A DNA stretch of 64,000 nt from positions 7,704 to 71,703 of the forward strand of contig JAFGQG010000057.1 in the NCBI GenBank assembly GCA_016935765.1, given 5' to 3'. The notes under the pieces are model-generated. The model made no database searches and had not been told where the DNA came from. It saw only the letters and a list, made by a program, of their open reading frames with translations. Source of the DNA: a bacterium (GTDB taxonomy: Bacteria; UBP14; UBA6098; JAFGQG01). Position 1 is the first letter of the stretch, and each line of letters begins with the position of its first letter. Position numbers and translations under genes: made by a program. This document shows, one piece after another, positions 10,345 through 19,736 of the stretch.

Positions 10345-10708
10345 GATTAGCATAATATAATTCAGGGATTTTAAACTGTGAACCTCAACTCCGCCCACTT
10401 TGGGGCTTGGGGTTTTGTGGTTAATACGGTACCGAGGCTGTTAACCCGGGCTATAGTACCTCGCCCCGTTCGGGGCTATGTATGATAAATGCAGAAAACA
10501 CATAACCTGCCAACTATCAAACCAGTAACCCTATAAAGTGTTCCATATTTTAATATTGACAATCCTTGTTCTTAACATTAATTTTCCTCTGTAAGAGATT
10601 CTTGATAAAATGGAAAAAACAATGGAAGTTGGGAAACGGTGAACCTTCCATTGAATAATATCTTTAGATGAAATATCCTGTACCAAAATCAATAATTTTT
10701 CAAGGAGT

Positions 10709-13700
10709 ATGTTTATGTTTAAAAAGGCAATTTTCTTTGTAATTATATTGTACTTCTATACTTTCTCCCAAGCCGCCTCCATCGACTCAGTCTGGTTCCG
10801 GGAGGAGACAGATTGTAACGACAGCAACATCGTAACCATTTGTTATATACTCTCCGGGGATGCTTCCGATATAGATATACGAGTGAGTGATGACGGAGGC
10901 GCAACATGGACAGTAGCCCTTACAACCCTTAGTGGTGAGGACGGCGACCTGGGATGCGGAGTTGCACCGGGGGAACACTGCTTTAATTGGATTATGAGTG
11001 AGGATCTGCCCGGCAGAGAGGGCTCCGATTGGGTGGTTGAAGTAAGCGCTTTTGATTTGCTCGACACCTTTGCCATCGTTGATTCAACCGACATCTCGTT
11101 CTCCGACCGCTATGGGCATGGACTCGGATATGGGGATGGCTTCTACTGGGTGTATGATTATACCCGTGGATATGTTTACCAAACGAGTACCCTGGATGAG
11201 TTTACACGGGATTCCATTGTGGATTCATTTTACATAGGCAGTGTGAATAATTGCGACATATCTTACTGCGATAGTAATATATACTTTGGGCGTCATGGCG
11301 GGGAGCCCGACACACTCTTCCGTTACGACCTTCGCGCGGATAGTATCGAAATACTGTTCATTGCACCAGACGTTTCCTGGAACCTTCAAGCTGTTGAATG
11401 TAATGGTTCAGAGGTTTATGCAAGCGCAGACATCCCTGGCGGGGAAATCCAGTGGGTTTTTGAAATTGATATGTCATCACTTCCCTCAACTCGCGTGGAT
11501 ACGATATTGGGTCTCCCCCGCACTGATGATTGCTTAGCAATGGATGGGGATGCCTTTATCAACGGCTACCTTTGGTCGAACAACAATAACGGGAAGATAG
11601 TTAAGGTTGATATAGATTTAGGAGAATTCGTCGGCTGCTATGAAGGCAACCGCCCGGGGACCGGAACCGAAGGATTGTGCTGGGATGGTGAATATCTATG
11701 GTCCCATGACTACGCGAGAGATTATATCTATAAGATAATGATCTATGATAGTATCATTAACGTAACAAGCGATATGGGTCCCCTTGACTCCCGTTCGCCC
11801 GAAATAACTATATCATGCCCTGCGGGACCAGTCGTAACGGGTGATGTCGCGACCTTCTCCTGGCACGTGGACGACATCTTCTGGGTGAATGACCCCTGCT
11901 CAATATCCATCTCCTACTGCGGCGAGATAGAAACCTACACGATCGATGACACGTTCTTCGAATGGACCGTCCCCGCGACTGAATGCGAGGATGGATATTT
12001 CATCGTGGCTGCCAGAGATTCCTTCTGCAACAAGACCCAGGGAATCTGCATGTTCGAGATAGAAAATGCATATATACCATCTTCCATCGACTCACTCTGG
12101 TTCTGGGAGGAAACAGACTGCGATGGCATAAATATGGTGAACATCTGCTACCTGCTGACTGGAGACAACGCAGACATCTTCATCGACATGAGTTCTGATA
12201 ACGGAGCGACCTGGGAGGTGCCGCTGCTGAATCTATTTGGAGCAGAAGGTGATACGGGCGAGAGTGTCGCGCCGGGAGAGCACTGCTTCCAGTGGCTGAT
12301 GAGTACCGACCTCCCCGATGTTGAGAATTGCGGGTTCCAGGTGAGACTCTCCACCGACACAGGGCAATTCGAATACTGGCTCCCGTATGTTATCAACTAC
12401 ACAAGCTGCTCCAGCGGTACAGGCAGCCGCATCTACGTCAGGGGGATATATGATTCCACACAGGTTGAATTCGACTTCGATCATGACGAGGTGATAGATA
12501 CCACCCTTTACCTCGATGTGTATGAAGCGGTCGCGTTCAGTATTCCACAAATTGAAATGGGAACGCACATCATAACCGACAAACCCGTTGAGGCATATTA
12601 TACATATCATTGCTCGAACCACGGCTTATACGAAGACGGCACCCTATCTTATTCGCTGTATCCTGCGTCGATGGCTGGGACCGATTACGCAGTTCCACCG
12701 GCAGATTATACTACTATCCTATCCATCGAGGACGAAGCGATAGTGGCGATTGACACCAACTACTCCGGAACCCTCGACCTCTTCTTCGTGCTCGATAAGG
12801 GAGAAGATACAACGTTCTCCTCATTTACGTCCCCCGTTCATATTTATACCGAGAACAACAAGAGAATAGTGGTAGCGAACGCTTTTCATTCGGGACACCA
12901 CTACAGCAATACCGCGGCTTACAACCTGCTTCCCACGAACCTTCTGGGTGAAACTTACTATGCTCCCATGCAGCATCATTATACTCTCACGGTGGTTTCG
13001 CTGCACTCAAGGGTGGAAGTGATCGCCGTCGAACCGGGAACGAACATAAACATTAACGGCACTCCATACACACCCGCGGTCGGTGAGCTTATCTCGTTTC
13101 TCACCGAGGACGAGGTTTCTGTCACAGCCGATAAGCCGGTCGTTGCAGTACACATTTCGGATGTATATGCCACAGACCCATGGAGCACTCACGAAGACAG
13201 GCACTACATGTACGCGTTCTGCCTGTTCCCCAAGGATGAACTCGCTCGAAGGTATGTTATACCTCCCGTTGGAGAGCTCTATTCGCACGGTTTCCCGGTA
13301 AGGCAGTACGCAATCGTGTCGTTCACGGATGGGTCGTCGATTGATATGGATATTCTGGATGACGGCACTATTGACACCACGTTTTACCTGGACGCCGGCG
13401 AGTTTGTTTATCTCCATGAAGGCGATTACCCTCCCTTTGCGAGCAGTTTTGCTTCGATGGAATCCTCTTCGCCGTTCCAGGTGACTTACTCCCATAGAGG
13501 GTGGTGGTCCAGCCGGTCGGAAACCTGCGAGGGCATGATTTACAACAGCAAGGCTCTCCCCAGCGCTATCATCGCTTCGGGCTGCCTCGACTCGCATCCC
13601 CCGGAAGTGGAAACGCACTGCTTCGCCGAAACGGTCTTCGCTTATGACACCGTACTCTTCGATTGGGAAATTTCGGATATGTTTGAGATTGATGACCCAT

Positions 13701-15118
13701 GCTCGGTTTTTATTTCATATTGCGGGGCAGCAGAGACGTTCATTATGGATGAATCCCCGTTTGAATGGGTCGTTCCGAACATCTCCTGCGACTCCGCCAG
13801 TTTCAGTGTGGTTGCAAGAGATTCGTTCTGCAATTGGGGAGAGGACCTATGCTATTTCAATATCGCCATGGGCGGCACACTTCATCTCGCACTCCCCGAT
13901 ACTGTCGGCTTGCCCGGGGATACGCTTAGGCTGCCTCTTATGTACAGCATCAACCAGGAGCGCTCTACCTCCCACTTCGAATGCGCCATATCATTCGACC
14001 CGGTCATTATGAGCGTGAATGATCTCCACACAGCCGGCAGCATCATGGATACGTGGACTTCGGTCGATCTGGACACCGGTACTGAAGGCTTAGCTGTTGT
14101 CTCTGGCAGTGGTTCGTTCACGGTAGAAGATACACTCCTGTGTTTCCTGGAGATAGTCATTCCCGCCACGGCTCCTGAAGGCGGTTTTACACCACTAGCG
14201 TTCGATTCAGCAGGCTTCTCCGATATGTTACTGCCCATAATCACCGATGACGGATTTTTGATTGTGCTGTTCCCCCCCCTTGAATGGCTGTTCGACCTCG
14301 TTTTGGATGGGGACGATTACCCCTTGAACACGACTCTTACCATCGGGCTAAGTTATTTCGGATCAGAAGGTTACGACCCGGGGCTGGACATCATCCACCT
14401 GCCCGATCCACTCAGTACCCCTGCCTGGTTAATACTCGATGACTCGCTGTATCCTTACATCACTGCCCTCCAGAGGGACGTTCGGGACGTTGTGGGAATA
14501 CCATTATGCTGGAGTATCCTTACTTCCAAGGGATCAGGGTGGCTTACCTGGAATCCCGAGCTACTCCCGCCCGGCGATTTCATGCTCAACGGAAGGGTAG
14601 ATATGAGAAGCGTGGACAGGTACCACTATCGAACTAACGAGACAATCGTGATCTGCTTCACCAGACCCAGACCCGTTACTTATACCTACCACTTCGAAGT
14701 CGGGTGGAACATGATCTCCTTTCCAGTGCTCCCGGTCTATGGCGATATAAACCATATATTCCCCAGCACTGAAGGGGACGCGTACTGGTACGATCCCGAA
14801 TCCAGGAGCTACGAGAGTACAACACTGCCCGAGAGAGCCAAGGGTTTCTGGGTGTATTCATCCGGGGAAACGGAGACGCGGATAGCTGGAATAATGATAG
14901 AGCAATACAGCTTGAGCGTATTCGAGGGCTGGAACATGATAGGTTCCGTTATGGATATTGTTCCTTTTGACGGAATATCATTCGATCCCCCAGCTTCATT
15001 CATTCCGCCTCAATACACTTTTAGTTCGGGTGGTTACGTTCCCAGCTCTGAGATAGTGCCGGCTTTGGGATACTGGTGTCTTTCCACCGGCAATTCGGTT
15101 ATTCAGGTTTCACCCTGA
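10709..15118 (+). CDS. Giant (1469 aa) modular secreted surface protein: duplicated N-terminal modules, cohesin-like domain, shared GWNM C-terminal module
   Basis: AGGAG upstream and a signal peptide. Module A (IDSVWFREETDC...SDDGGATW...APGEHCF) recurs at about aa 455 (IDSLWFWEETDC...SSDNGATW...APGEHCF). Cys-rich module B (ISCPAG...DPCSISISYCGEIETYTIDD...ARDSFCN) recurs at about aa 970. A cohesin-like segment lies at about aa 1060-1190. The C-terminal GWNMISFP...GFWVYSS...EGWNMIGS...GYWCLS matches the tail of the 8097..10040 protein. Confidence 0.8.
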   Translation: MFMFKKAIFFVIILYFYTFSQAASIDSVWFREETDCNDSNIVTICYILSGDASDIDIRVSDDGGATWTVALTTLSGEDGDLGCGVAPGEHCFNWIMSEDLPGREGSDWVVEVSAFDLLDTFAIVDSTDISFSDRYGHGLGYGDGFYWVYDYTRGYVYQTSTLDEFTRDSIVDSFYIGSVNNCDISYCDSNIYFGRHGGEPDTLFRYDLRADSIEILFIAPDVSWNLQAVECNGSEVYASADIPGGEIQWVFEIDMSSLPSTRVDTILGLPRTDDCLAMDGDAFINGYLWSNNNNGKIVKVDIDLGEFVGCYEGNRPGTGTEGLCWDGEYLWSHDYARDYIYKIMIYDSIINVTSDMGPLDSRSPEITISCPAGPVVTGDVATFSWHVDDIFWVNDPCSISISYCGEIETYTIDDTFFEWTVPATECEDGYFIVAARDSFCNKTQGICMFEIENAYIPSSIDSLWFWEETDCDGINMVNICYLLTGDNADIFIDMSSDNGATWEVPLLNLFGAEGDTGESVAPGEHCFQWLMSTDLPDVENCGFQVRLSTDTGQFEYWLPYVINYTSCSSGTGSRIYVRGIYDSTQVEFDFDHDEVIDTTLYLDVYEAVAFSIPQIEMGTHIITDKPVEAYYTYHCSNHGLYEDGTLSYSLYPASMAGTDYAVPPADYTTILSIEDEAIVAIDTNYSGTLDLFFVLDKGEDTTFSSFTSPVHIYTENNKRIVVANAFHSGHHYSNTAAYNLLPTNLLGETYYAPMQHHYTLTVVSLHSRVEVIAVEPGTNININGTPYTPAVGELISFLTEDEVSVTADKPVVAVHISDVYATDPWSTHEDRHYMYAFCLFPKDELARRYVIPPVGELYSHGFPVRQYAIVSFTDGSSIDMDILDDGTIDTTFYLDAGEFVYLHEGDYPPFASSFASMESSSPFQVTYSHRGWWSSRSETCEGMIYNSKALPSAIIASGCLDSHPPEVETHCFAETVFAYDTVLFDWEISDMFEIDDPCSVFISYCGAAETFIMDESPFEWVVPNISCDSASFSVVARDSFCNWGEDLCYFNIAMGGTLHLALPDTVGLPGDTLRLPLMYSINQERSTSHFECAISFDPVIMSVNDLHTAGSIMDTWTSVDLDTGTEGLAVVSGSGSFTVEDTLLCFLEIVIPATAPEGGFTPLAFDSAGFSDMLLPIITDDGFLIVLFPPLEWLFDLVLDGDDYPLNTTLTIGLSYFGSEGYDPGLDIIHLPDPLSTPAWLILDDSLYPYITALQRDVRDVVGIPLCWSILTSKGSGWLTWNPELLPPGDFMLNGRVDMRSVDRYHYRTNETIVICFTRPRPVTYTYHFEVGWNMISFPVLPVYGDINHIFPSTEGDAYWYDPESRSYESTTLPERAKGFWVYSSGETETRIAGIMIEQYSLSVFEGWNMIGSVMDIVPFDGISFDPPASFIPPQYTFSSGGYVPSSEIVPALGYWCLSTGNSVIQVSP

Positions 15119-15208
15119 AGATGAGACGTTACTTATCCTTCTTGCGCAGTACCGACCATATTGATTTAAAATTTATGTGGATTAGATTTCCAACTGCATT
15201 TTCTTGGT

Positions 15209-17503
15209 TTATTTATCCCAGAATACACCGTCGCCTTTCTGGGGATCGTTGCGGTCACCGGTTCGTATGGATCGGTTATTGTACCTGGCGCTGCCGGCGT
15301 TGTAGTAATTATCCTTGTTCCCACCGAGATCGATGAATACACCGAGGTTTTTTCCCCCGTCGCCGGGGTGGTAATCTGTAGCTCCGCCCTCTCCGTTTGA
15401 TGTGCCGTCTGATTTATAAGTATCCTTGCCATCCATATCAATAAAAACTCCCATCGCGACCTGCGACGCTCCACCCTGGGAGATGTTCGCGCCGGTGTAG
15501 TTGTCGTCGCCGGCGTCATCTATGAACCAGCCTGAGACGATATCCCAGACCCCGCCCTGGTTTGTGGCTTCGTGACCGGTATAGATGTCATTACCGGCGT
15601 GATCCCTGAAGTACCCAACCGCCTGGTGCGCGCCGCTGCCCATCGTATAGCGGTTCCCGGTTACGATATCATCGCCTGAGAGGTCATCGAAGATACCCAT
15701 GCCGAAGAAGTAGCCGCAGGCGAGCGAGAAGTTACCCGCATCGTATCGATCGTTTCCACCTCTGTCGCAGAGGAGTCCGATCCCGCCTGCCGCGAGTGTT
15801 CGAAAACCGATACCCGCGCCCTGGCTCCAGCCGTCCCACGTGTCCTCATTGCCATACCCGTTTGGTGATTTGAATGCGGCAACGTACTCGTCATCGCCCG
15901 TCGCGTCCACCAGCATCCCCAATCCCTTTGGAACTCCCACTCCCTGGGCGTACCTCGCGCCGTGATAGAGATCGTTGCCATTCCCATCGTAAAGGAGGGA
16001 AGCTCCAAACGCCGCGAAACCCTGGACAGCCTCATCTCCCGTGTAACGGTCGTCTCCATCGTGGTCGATGAGAATCCCCACCCCGCAAAACGCGGCAGCT
16101 TGAGAAAGGCGGTTCCCACGGTAAATATCGTTGCCCTCCATGTCTATGAGACAACCAGCTCCGCAATAGCCGCTGCCTATACTCCCGGGAGTGTTCCTGA
16201 TGTAGGTGTCATTCCCCGCAAGGTCAATATGAAGCCCTGCCCTGCCTTCTTTATACTTGTGATTTACATTATCCACGATAGTATAGGGTGTCCCCCCACA
16301 GTAACCGAGGTAGGTGTCATCCCCGCCCAGGTCGATCCATATCGCCGCCTGCTCGGTATATGTCATGCTCCCTGTTCCGGAGACTATCAAGCGCCCCATC
16401 AGGTCAACATTGTAACCGGAAGCGTTAACAGCTTTCCCGATTCGAACCATTTTATCTATCAGAATATCCTTCTCTTCATCCGCGCCTTCTCCCTGCTGGA
16501 TTTCCAGCAAATTTTTTATTGTAACAGGATTATATAATTTTGTCAAGACAAATCCACTTCTCAATAAACTCGTATAATCTATCTTCCTGGTGTTGTTTAT
16601 AAATTCGTTGTAGCTTTCAACCAGGTCCTCATCAGGGTCTGAATGTATGTAGATGGTTTGCGCGAAAATATCCAGCAGGAAGGGGATGATGTCCGACATC
16701 TCATCAAGCTGCTCATCAGTTAGCCCTATGAACGCCTTGTCGATAAGCTGGTTAGCGGCATATACTCCGTCAATTACCTTGTCCAGGTCGATGATGGTCG
16801 AATCCCGGGCAGGAGCAGGGGAGAGCATGCTGTCAGCATCGAGCGCGAAGGGAACGCCTCGCCAGATATCTTCGGGATTCCCAGTCGATACACTCAGGGT
16901 GGTTTTTACCCATTCACCGGAAGCAAAACAGCTTAATGGCTCCAGCAAAGGTAGAGCAATAGCGTTCAGTGTATAGAATCCCCTGTAATTTTCCACTTCC
17001 TTTCGAAACACCTTTCTCATATTTATGTATTCATTATTTAATTTTGCCTCTGTTATTGCGTTAAGGACCAGTTTGGTGGTCGAGTCCCTATCCCAATCCA
17101 GCATGATATCTTCGGGTACTTGCGGAAAACCGGTGCGGTCTCCGAGTTTCATGATACCCTGGTAATCATCGCGCGTGCCCAATATCATGTATTTGGACAG
17201 TTCCTTGCCGCATCTTTGAAGGGAGAGTTTCAAGCGGTTCCCCGGGGATTTGGTCTTAAGGTAAGCCAGCAGGGAGTCCCTCGATGGTATGGGTATTTCA
17301 TTAACAGCGGTAATGATATCCCCTTCCAGCAGTCCAGCGATCTCGGCGGGAGAGTTTCTGACGACGTTATCCACCTTGAACCCGGGCGGCTCTTCATTCG
17401 TGCTGAGTGTGATACCCATGAAAGCGGTGTTTTCGTACTCCTGGGCGATGCCTATGGTAAGCAGTGTTATTATTAATAACCAAATAAAACCCAGCGATCT
17501 CAT
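15209..17503 (-). CDS. Secreted PDZ-domain protein with a C-terminal ~24-aa tandem repeat tail (GNDxY motifs)
   Basis: Signal peptide, then a PDZ fold (FKVDNVVRNSPAEIAGLLEGDIITAVNEIPI). The C-terminal ~320 aa are 10 or more tandem units of the form (L/F)IDxxGNDxYxGxxxAQGxGxxxGxG. Confidence 0.75.
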   Translation of the reverse strand: MRSLGFIWLLIITLLTIGIAQEYENTAFMGITLSTNEEPPGFKVDNVVRNSPAEIAGLLEGDIITAVNEIPIPSRDSLLAYLKTKSPGNRLKLSLQRCGKELSKYMILGTRDDYQGIMKLGDRTGFPQVPEDIMLDWDRDSTTKLVLNAITEAKLNNEYINMRKVFRKEVENYRGFYTLNAIALPLLEPLSCFASGEWVKTTLSVSTGNPEDIWRGVPFALDADSMLSPAPARDSTIIDLDKVIDGVYAANQLIDKAFIGLTDEQLDEMSDIIPFLLDIFAQTIYIHSDPDEDLVESYNEFINNTRKIDYTSLLRSGFVLTKLYNPVTIKNLLEIQQGEGADEEKDILIDKMVRIGKAVNASGYNVDLMGRLIVSGTGSMTYTEQAAIWIDLGGDDTYLGYCGGTPYTIVDNVNHKYKEGRAGLHIDLAGNDTYIRNTPGSIGSGYCGAGCLIDMEGNDIYRGNRLSQAAAFCGVGILIDHDGDDRYTGDEAVQGFAAFGASLLYDGNGNDLYHGARYAQGVGVPKGLGMLVDATGDDEYVAAFKSPNGYGNEDTWDGWSQGAGIGFRTLAAGGIGLLCDRGGNDRYDAGNFSLACGYFFGMGIFDDLSGDDIVTGNRYTMGSGAHQAVGYFRDHAGNDIYTGHEATNQGGVWDIVSGWFIDDAGDDNYTGANISQGGASQVAMGVFIDMDGKDTYKSDGTSNGEGGATDYHPGDGGKNLGVFIDLGGNKDNYYNAGSARYNNRSIRTGDRNDPQKGDGVFWDK

Positions 17504-17703
17504 AAATTCTCCCTTTTTTTAAATTCATTCTATAATTGGATTTTTTCCGGTTGGAAAGAGTAATCCCTTTATTACAAAAATAATTATTAACTCAAAAGCC
17601 TGTTCAAAGAGTAAAACCGGCTTTCAGATTCATGATTTAAAAAATAATATCATCGAGTCTAAAGCTTAGATATTCGCATACTGAACGATTAAGGGTACTC
17701 GCC

Positions 17704-18891
17704 CTAATCGCATTCTTCCTTGATTACTTCAGCAAGCCTTTTTATTGCAATATCGAGTTCCTCTTCGGTTGCATTAGTATAGTTAAGCCTCATGGATACA
17801 TTTCCTTGCTCCGGGTAAGGGTAGAAGCATTTACCTGGCACAAAAGCGATGTTACAGTCAACCGCCTTATGATACATCTTGTAAGTATCTACATTTTCAG
17901 GTCCTTCCGCCCAGATAAACATGCCTCCTTCGGGGCGTGTCCATTTGAAGCAGTCCGGGAAATATTTATCCATAGCATTAAGCATGGCTTGCTGCTTGGA
18001 CTTATACATCGCTATAGTTTTGACCAACTGTCTGTCGAAATAGCCCCCGGTCATGTATTCGGCGGCAAGCGCCTGGTTGAAGGTACTGGTATGCAGGTCT
18101 ATCCCCTGTTTGGCAACCACCAGCCACTTCTTAACGGGTTCTGGAGCCACAGTAAATCCCAGCCTGAAACCCGGAGCGAATGTCTTTGAAAAAGTACTCG
18201 TATAAACCACATGCTCCGGAGCCAAACTCTTTAAAGAAGGTACAGGTTCTCCCCTGTAACGCAGGTCGCTGTAGGGATCATCCTCCACGAGAAGAGTATC
18301 ATATCTTTTTACCAGTTCAGCTATTTTCAAACGCCTTTCCCGAGTAATCGTGCGCCCGGTTGGATTCTGGAAGGTGGGAACCAGGTAAACGAACTTTACC
18401 TGCTGCTTCGACAAAACCTCCTCCAATGATTCAGGGATCAGTCCTTTATCGTCTGTATCCAGTAGAATATACTTGGGTCCGTAGGCGTTGAAAGCCTGGA
18501 TTGCCCCCAGGTAAGTGGGAGACTCCACACAAACCGGATCACCATCAGATATGAAAACCTTGCCAAATGAATCCAGTAAGCCTTGCGACCCTGTGCTTAT
18601 TATTATGTCATCAGTCTCGCATTTGATACCCTTGGAATTAAGGTAAGGTACAAGCGCCGCCCTTAAAGCTGGAAACCCTTCCGTGGGTCCATACTGGAAC
18701 GCGCCGGCTCCATATTTTTTGACCACTAATTCAGTTAACTCTCCAATAATGGAAATTGGGAAACTCTCCGGAGCAGGCATACCGCCCCCAAGAGAGATCA
18801 TGCCCGGCTTTGTGGTCAACTTCAATATCTCCCTTATCTCGCTTGCCTGCATGTTCTTGGTCCTGGATGCTAATATATCCTCCACTTTCAT
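17704..18891 (-). CDS. PLP-dependent aminotransferase, class I/II (2-aminoadipate/aromatic aminotransferase-like)
   Basis: YGPTEGFPALRAAL, TGSQGLLD, NPTG and a STFSKTFAPGFRLGF Schiff-base lysine region. Confidence 0.85.
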   Translation of the reverse strand: MKVEDILASRTKNMQASEIREILKLTTKPGMISLGGGMPAPESFPISIIGELTELVVKKYGAGAFQYGPTEGFPALRAALVPYLNSKGIKCETDDIIISTGSQGLLDSFGKVFISDGDPVCVESPTYLGAIQAFNAYGPKYILLDTDDKGLIPESLEEVLSKQQVKFVYLVPTFQNPTGRTITRERRLKIAELVKRYDTLLVEDDPYSDLRYRGEPVPSLKSLAPEHVVYTSTFSKTFAPGFRLGFTVAPEPVKKWLVVAKQGIDLHTSTFNQALAAEYMTGGYFDRQLVKTIAMYKSKQQAMLNAMDKYFPDCFKWTRPEGGMFIWAEGPENVDTYKMYHKAVDCNIAFVPGKCFYPYPEQGNVSMRLNYTNATEEELDIAIKRLAEVIKEECD

Positions 18892-18979
18892 GACTTACTC
18901 CCTTATCTTTTAATTGTTCGTTCCATAGGTAATTTTTTCAGATTAGATAATTAATACATTATTACCTATATGTCAAAGG

Positions 18980-19729
18980 TTAATAGACTTCGGAACTTGT
19001 TTTTCCCTCTTCTAATACTTTTTTTACCTCTAAAAGCTGGTTTCTTCCCGCTTGTTTTATGCCCTCGGATGGATAATCCCTGTCCAATGAATAAATCTGA
19101 ACCATCGCTGGTTTTATTCGAAATACCTTCTCTAACCATTCCTCAACATTTTTTGGGGTGAGGTTTCCCTTAATACCGTCCGTAAAAAGCGCTTGAATAG
19201 TCACATTCTCCATTTGAACCAGAGCCTCCACGATTTGTTCGAGATTTACACCCTTACATGGTTTGTTGTATATAGATAGCATATCTTCGTTTCCGGCATC
19301 CAGCTTCATGATCCTGAGGTCTAATTGAGCGAGCGACTCCTGTATATGCGGTTCATGAATACGGGACGAATTTGATAGAATCGCGGTACTTGAATCAGGG
19401 GAGTGCTTATCCCGCAATTTTACCAGCCCTTCAACGATTTCAGCGAATCGCGGGTGCAGTGTTGGCTCCCCATTTCCCGAAAAAGTGAGGTACGATGGAG
19501 TGGATTTCAAATTAGTTAAAGCGGTTTCTATCGATCGAAGCACTTCATCAACGTCGGGAAACGCGGCATTTTTCATTTTGGTAAAATCAGTCCAGCCATA
19601 TTGACAGTAAAGGCAATTGAACGTGCATACCTTCTCCGTTGTGGACAGCAGGTTTATGCCTAAAGAGCTTCCCAGTCTGCGAGACCGAACAGGACCGTAA
19701 ATTATTCCTTTCTGTAATTCGAGTAACAT
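18980..19729 (-). CDS. Radical SAM enzyme (COG0731-like)
   Basis: IYGPVRSRRLGSSLGINLL followed by the CTFNCLYCQYG CxxxCxxC cluster motif. It lies 8 nt downstream of the MocR-like gene and 88 nt upstream of the aminotransferase. Confidence 0.8.
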   Translation of the reverse strand: MLLELQKGIIYGPVRSRRLGSSLGINLLSTTEKVCTFNCLYCQYGWTDFTKMKNAAFPDVDEVLRSIETALTNLKSTPSYLTFSGNGEPTLHPRFAEIVEGLVKLRDKHSPDSSTAILSNSSRIHEPHIQESLAQLDLRIMKLDAGNEDMLSIYNKPCKGVNLEQIVEALVQMENVTIQALFTDGIKGNLTPKNVEEWLEKVFRIKPAMVQIYSLDRDYPSEGIKQAGRNQLLEVKKVLEEGKTSSEVY

Positions 19730-19736
19730 ACCTCAC

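Noticed and set aside
10381-10470. tRNA or other structured ncRNA in the G-rich segment ggggcttggggttttgtgg...ccgttcggggc
   Set aside because: There is no acceptor/T-arm pairing and no GTTCGAATC-like T-loop. No tmRNA, SRP or RNase P signature strings were found anywhere in the window.
10787-15003. About 20 short ORFs on both strands inside the 1469-aa gene, including 13007..13618(-) at 203 aa
   Set aside because: None has a recognisable motif, and the long plus-strand frame is continuous with a signal peptide and repeated modules. The two antisense ORFs 10843..11094 and 12148..12396 share sequence only because they shadow the duplicated module A.
15661-17522. ORFs 15661..16119(-), 15874..16071(+), 15962..16537(+), 16653..16976(+), 17120..17476(+) and 17289..17522(+) within the PDZ gene
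   Set aside because: They are shadow frames of the 764-aa PDZ/solenoid protein. The Gly/Asp codon repeats create long open antisense frames.
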